Below, piece after piece: positions 58,735-64,000 of a stretch of 64,000 bases of DNA. Source of the DNA: Euglena gracilis (taxonomy: Eukaryota). Made by a program: the position numbers and the translations under genes. The DNA lies in the NCBI GenBank assembly GCA_039621445.1, contig CP154954.1:33519455-33583454 (forward strand). Reading direction: 5' to 3'. The notes beneath the pieces are model-generated. The model worked only from the letters and a program-made list of their open reading frames with translations. It was not told the DNA's origin and made no database searches. How positions within the stretch are numbered: the stretch's first letter is position 1; each line of letters opens with the position of its first letter.

Positions 58735-59372
58735 AGAAGACCACTACGACCCCTAGACCCAGAACAAACAATTGTCCTTAAACCATTCATAACTTGTCAA
58801 AAAAGTAAACAACGGTACCCAACCATCGGCAACCTGTGTCCCACATTGACAAGAGAAGTGGCTGTCAATTGGCTTGAGGAACAGTGGTGGAGCCATCTGG
58901 AACGGTGGATCCCACCACCCATTGCCCATATGAGACGGAGTAAGCAATTTGACCACAGGGCCGAAGGCTCCATGACACACCAACCGTACGCATAACCAAC
59001 CACAAGACTAAAAACACGTCCAAACCCTTACCGCACTGAAAACAGAGCCTTCCCTACGCCAACTCCCCTAAACCCAAACCTAAACTTGTCGCTGCCACAA
59101 CCTCAACACTCAACAGTCCCCGTGGCCGTTCTATTGAACCTTCCCTGCCGCTGTACACTTTCCTCTCACACTCGCTATCTCCCCTCCGTACTGTGCCCCT
59201 CACCGCCCTTCTATTTCACCTTCGACTCTCGCCCCTCGCACCCTGAGAACTTGGTATGTGCATTACTCTCACCCGCACAGGACTTCGGCTCGGAGTGATC
59301 CTCCTAGGCCGCTGAAGACAGGTCGGAGAGTTCCAATTTCCAAAAAAAAATTCTCATAAGACACTCATAAGG

Positions 59373-59397
59373 CTTTCTGAATGTCTATTTTTTTTCG
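59373..59397 (+). other. Genomic copy of the spliced-leader exon (nt 2-26, one mismatch)
   Basis: CTTTCTGAATGTCTATTTTTTTTCG followed by TCTGCATAATCACCATGG. Confidence 0.9.
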
Positions 59398-62300
59398 TCT
59401 GCATAATCACCATGGCTGCAAAGTGGCCGGATGGGCCTCTAGAAGACCCCAAGGCTCAAGACAATACACCCCTTGTCAACCAAGCTGCTACCACAACCAA
59501 CCCTTCAAGTACACCTACTGTTGTAGTGGACACTGGACAGTTGGAGCTGCTGGCCAAGATGTTGTTACCGCTGTTGGTGCCTGTGCTAACCACTGCTGTG
59601 GCACAACGACTCATTGCTGACCGCCCTGTACATAGTGACAGAGAAAGTCAACACAGCAGCTCACAGAGAAAGAAGAGGACATGGCAAGAGAGGGAAGAGG
59701 ATGAAGAGTACCTACAGAGAAGGTTTGGAAGAGATTACAAGCCCCCATGGCAGAGAGGTCGACCCAGTTATCATATATCTCAACAGAGTTCTCCACAGCC
59801 CCAGCTCCATCAGCAAGTGAGTCTGGGGCCCCACTGTACAGCAAGCCCATCAGTGGGCATTCCACAGTCAAGCCCATCAGTGGGCATTCCAGTGAACAAC
59901 CCATTCCAATGCCCACCAGTGGGCAGAAATCAAGTATGTCCATCTGTCACATCAATCATACAAATGTACAATCCATCACAGACCAACCTTTGGGGTGAAC
60001 CCCAGCAATCTCAGCAACCACTGCAATCAAACTGGAGCAGAGAAGATGACCAGAGGAAGAATTGGATCAGAGAAGAGGAGCAGAGAAGGAGAGAGGCTGA
60101 ACTCTTCAGAAGCCTCAGAGCCTTTTTCAGCACAGGCCAGAGTTCAGAAGTACCCCCCAACACCATTACACAACCCTAGCCTGCCAGCACCCTTAATCCC
60201 AGATGTGGTACTGGCATCACAATCAGCCTTCCAATGTGCTCTTCTGCCTGCAGCTTTCCCTTTGTCTTTTGTCTCACAAAGTCCCCCCCAAAGAGGGGAC
60301 AACTCAACACAATACCTTCACCCAGTAAACAAGTGGATCAAGAATTTCATCCCAAGGCAACTCCGTATCAAAGGGAGTCTGCAAAACAACCCCCCCCCAC
60401 CCAAAAGAGGAGGATCATCAACCCCAGCCAAATGCAACCCCAAAAGATCTCAGCACCAGCCCCCCAATATCAGCCCCCCTGCAAGAGGGGGGGGGGGCTA
60501 GGCCCACCATTTCGCATTTTTAAAATTCCAACAAAACCCACCATGTTTGATGGCACACAGTGGGCAAAACTGGGCACAGTGATCCTGCAGGAGGAACCCA
60601 GCCCCTTTCAATGGCAAGACCCCCCCCAGGCAACAGATTTACCAGCCTCCCCACCCAACACCCCCCTTGAAGGGGTCCCAGTTTGGGAAACACCAGAGTT
60701 TCGGTCCTTCAGGGAAGAATTTTTTTGGAGAAGGCGCATGAGACAGCAAGCAGGAGGCATTTTATTTCACGAGATGGTCGCCAGAAAACTGGCCAACATT
60801 CAGGAAAAGTGGGTCGACATTGGCAGAACAGTGGACATTCGGCAGTCACAAAAATTGGTGCACACAGACATGAAACTCACGTTGCCACTGGCAGCGCCAA
60901 ACGTTGTGCAATCGCCCCCCCCCCCCCACCAAAAAAGAACCTCATCCTGGAACGGATCAGAATCGCCCAGATTCTTCATCAACACCGACCAGACGAACAA
61001 CGTGAAGAGGGAGTGGACATGTTGCACATAGAAAAAGTACGCCGAGCTATCGCACAAAAAATCAAACAAAAAGTGCCTGCAGCAGAAGCAGTCCGCCCCC
61101 CGAGGCCAAAGAAGAGGCTGACACCCTCCCGAGAGCCAACCCTGCCCATTGCCTGGCGATACTGCCCAAGAATTTGGCAGATGGATGACATGCCCAGACC
61201 GTTACAGTTTGCGTGTGAGGTGGGATTGGCTGATCGTCTTTCCCCGTCTGTATGGACCGCCAGCGATCTTGATGACTCAAATGACTCCCTGTCGGACTAT
61301 TACTCTTGTGCTGCCACAAAAAAATTCCACATGGCAGAAACAGTCGGCAACATACACCTCTGCTCTGCAGGCCCACACAGGGGGAAGAAGCCGGAAGACG
61401 CATTTTCATCCAGGTCCATCAAATGCCGCCGACGGCATTTGATGGACCCTGTGGTGAAGTCATGGATCTATTGGACCAACTTGTTGCCATGAACATGACT
61501 GATTTCTTTCGGATCAAGGCCGAACTACCGTTGCGGAAAGGCCCCGATGGCTCCTCCCAATCACTTCTTCCCAAAGCTACATACTGACTGAAATGCACTT
61601 TGTGTGACATTGAAACCATCACTGCCTCGGCAGGTTGGTGCTTGCACCACAGGGAAACCTGCCCTGTTTTTTTCAGCCACAGTATTTCCATCTACTGAGA
61701 TAGCAAAAGTACACTCTGTAACAAGCCGAGGATACACCGTAGAACAAACCCGGGAAAAGTTTTCAGAAGGACACCAGCCGACAGGTAGGGGGGAACGAAT
61801 CACCACCCATGGTGACGTCCAAACACAACCAGGACCCATCTACTTCCGTCTGGCCACCATGGAAAGACCGACAATCCCTGTCTCCAGGGGACTTCAAGAA
61901 AACTTCGTTCGGCACAGACTGCTGGCGAGCCTTCAAGAGGTGGATGCAGAACTTCAAACGTTCCGAGACGCCTTCCCTTCCGATGTCCTGGTTGAGGACA
62001 CTACCGTCTATGAGCTCACCGAATGTTGGGAAGTTTTGAGAGGAGTTCTGTTTGTGCTCATAGGGCTATGGCCACATCGACCACCACGTCACGACTCCCC
62101 ATCGAGTGTGCATGCCATTATGCGGTTGCTGACTTGTTTATGGTCCGAAGTATGCAACATCGGCGAGGCCTTTCATTTCTACCTGCCCCCCAATCACCTA
62201 ATGACACTACCCAACGTTCTCCGGCCGAGAGCACTTTCCCCAGAGTACCTCCAACGGAGCCCTCCTCGTCCGACCTCTCCCCATTGAATGTACACACCGT

Positions 62301-64000
62301 TGATATCCTGGACATCATGGCCTTGTTACGTCCGACAAGATCAGCAGTTTTTTTGTTGACCGTCACGTCCGGAGGGCACGACGGACAGCACAAAGACAAC
62401 CAAACTGCCAACGCGGTGACCAACAAGGTGACATAAGCCCTAACCACGCTGTCAAAACCGAGAGGCCCACACACCAAGATGTCACACTTTGTGGTGACGT
62501 TCAGCTTGAGCCAGGACCTATTCACCGGATAACCCCACGTGAAGGACCCCTATCCCTGCGACCTAGCACCCGGCCCCATTGCGGACGACCAACTTGCACT
62601 ATGGCCTCAGGGCCTTCTAAGTTGTCAAATGTGGCCCCAGGGCACGCCAACCACGTACGGCAACCGATTAACCAGGAAAACGCGGTATGGGTACAGTCCC
62701 CCCTGGTGTGGCAGGGGCAAAAGCCTTGCCAGTTGTGGCGACATTGAAAGCAACCCAGGTCCCACAGAAACCCGCCCTCCCCAGCAGGAGGACGTTGAAA
62801 TGGCCTCAGCCGCACAGACCTCTGCTGTGGCTGACGGAGCTACCGCTCCTTGGATCTTGGTTTCCAATGCACTCGACGCCGCTGTTCTCGCCTACTTTGT
62901 CCCAAGCTATAATGCCGTTTCCCAGTTTGAACGGGGGCCCCGGGGCACCCGCAGCTGAACAAATCATGGTCATTGACGAACTAGAGTCCCGGGTGCGCTC
63001 AGCGATTTCCGAAATTCACGGGTGTGCGCCGCAGGGCCAGGGGATGATTGAGAATTTTGTGCCGTCCTCACCACAAGGGCAAGAGCAACAGTGCCAAAAT
63101 GGTCGAAGGCCGCAGCACCCCGTGGCTGTAGCACCAGCGCAATCCTCGACGAACGCTGATACGCTGCAAGTCACTCCCTTCTCGCAACCTTGCCCACCAC
63201 TGCAGCCATCTTGGGAAGAAATTTCCCAAGACACGCGGGGCACGTTGGTCCATATCCCACGGGGAGCGTTGCGAAACGTTGGGCTCGCCTTTTGCAGCAC
63301 CCTCAGTCGCTTTGTATCAAAACCAGGATGGGAAACCCTACACACACTTTGGTGCTTCCCAAAAGCTGTGCTTGCTCCACTGAAGCGGAGCGGGAAAAGC
63401 CATTGGGCTGCAGTTGGACAGAAAATTACTGAGAGAGCCAATGCCTACCTCAACCGGTTCACAGAAGATTCGTGGGATGAGACTCGCCAAATTCGCGATG
63501 CACAAAACCCAAAGAAGAGAACACGAAGTCAGACAAAAAATTTCGATGCAGAAAGCCAAGAAAGATTGTGCAACCGTGTTCAAAGCCTTGTCAGCCATGG
63601 GGCGGTCAGTAAAGCCTGCCGCATGCCAACTTCTGATGGAATCCAAGATGCAGATGACCCGCTAATCTTGGAACGGTTGGCTGCCTTGCACCCTCCTGAA
63701 CCCCAACCTGGAAGGCAAAATCTGCCTCCGGACTTCCCTCGCCTCGAATTCGATCTCAGTGAAGATGCAACCAGGGAGCGCCTAATTGAAATACGGAAAG
63801 CAGTCATGTCTTTCCCGAAGGAGTCCTCACCAGGACCGTCTGGACTTCGTCCAGATCATCTTAAAGACGTACTCTCTGATCCCCTGGGGACACAATCAGA
63901 ACAACTCCTCACAATTTTGGACCAATTCGTCCGAACATGTTTGACAAACGGAATTCACAACTCTGCGGCATGGGTTTTCGCTGGTGCCCGTTTGACTCCT
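59373..64000 (+). mobile_element. CRE-clade non-LTR retrotransposon, family B copy 2 (B2), runs off the right edge
   Basis: Co-linear and highly similar to B1 from the SL through the start of the RT, with private indels. Confidence 0.93.

Larger units (their letters stand above)
51986..59340 (+). mobile_element. CRE-clade non-LTR retrotransposon, family B copy 1 (B1), apparently full length (~7.35 kb), ORF disrupted
   Basis: Kozak ATG at 52056 and a Q/P-rich N-terminal region. RT motifs: RPIAAGECLRRLVGK, VDFSNAFN, GVQQGDPCGP, WYLDDG. C-terminal motifs: CPRC...HLVCC, RHGAIQD, RPGDVL, AVDITV, EKEKHSKY. Stop at 58734, then a ~600-nt 3' UTR. Confidence 0.93.

Noticed and set aside
59300-59340. 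Hammerhead ribozyme (CTGAAGA) or HDV-like ribozyme at the element 3' end
   Set aside because: There is no correctly placed GAAA or stem II, and the CCTCGC motif lacks the enclosing P3/P1 pairing.

Overview
This is eukaryotic nuclear DNA, almost certainly from a euglenid (Euglena gracilis or a close relative). The evidence is two near-perfect copies of the Euglena spliced-leader (SL) exon and many non-GT-AG, stem-closed 'nonconventional' introns. Positions 1-50 kb hold three intron-rich genes, all on the minus strand: KRI1 (ribosome biogenesis; runs off the left edge), a UPF0489/C5orf22-family protein, and prohibitin-2 (7 exons, 291 aa, fully reconstructed by hand). Their introns are packed with MITE-like inverted-repeat elements, minisatellites, microsatellites and telomere-like tracts. 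Positions 50.4-64 kb are a head-to-tail array of three CRE-clade non-LTR retrotransposons (RT plus restriction-like endonuclease): one 5'-truncated copy of family A and two copies of family B. Family B is the most striking system here. Each copy starts with a genomic copy of the SL exon joined exactly at the trans-splice junction, 14 nt before a Kozak ATG. Its long, now-broken ORF is punctuated by four 2A/StopGo-like motifs (two canonical, two variant), three of them T2A-like, upstream of the RT-endonuclease. Gene models and splice sites were derived manually. No database searches were run, and some homopolymer frameshifts may be assembly errors.
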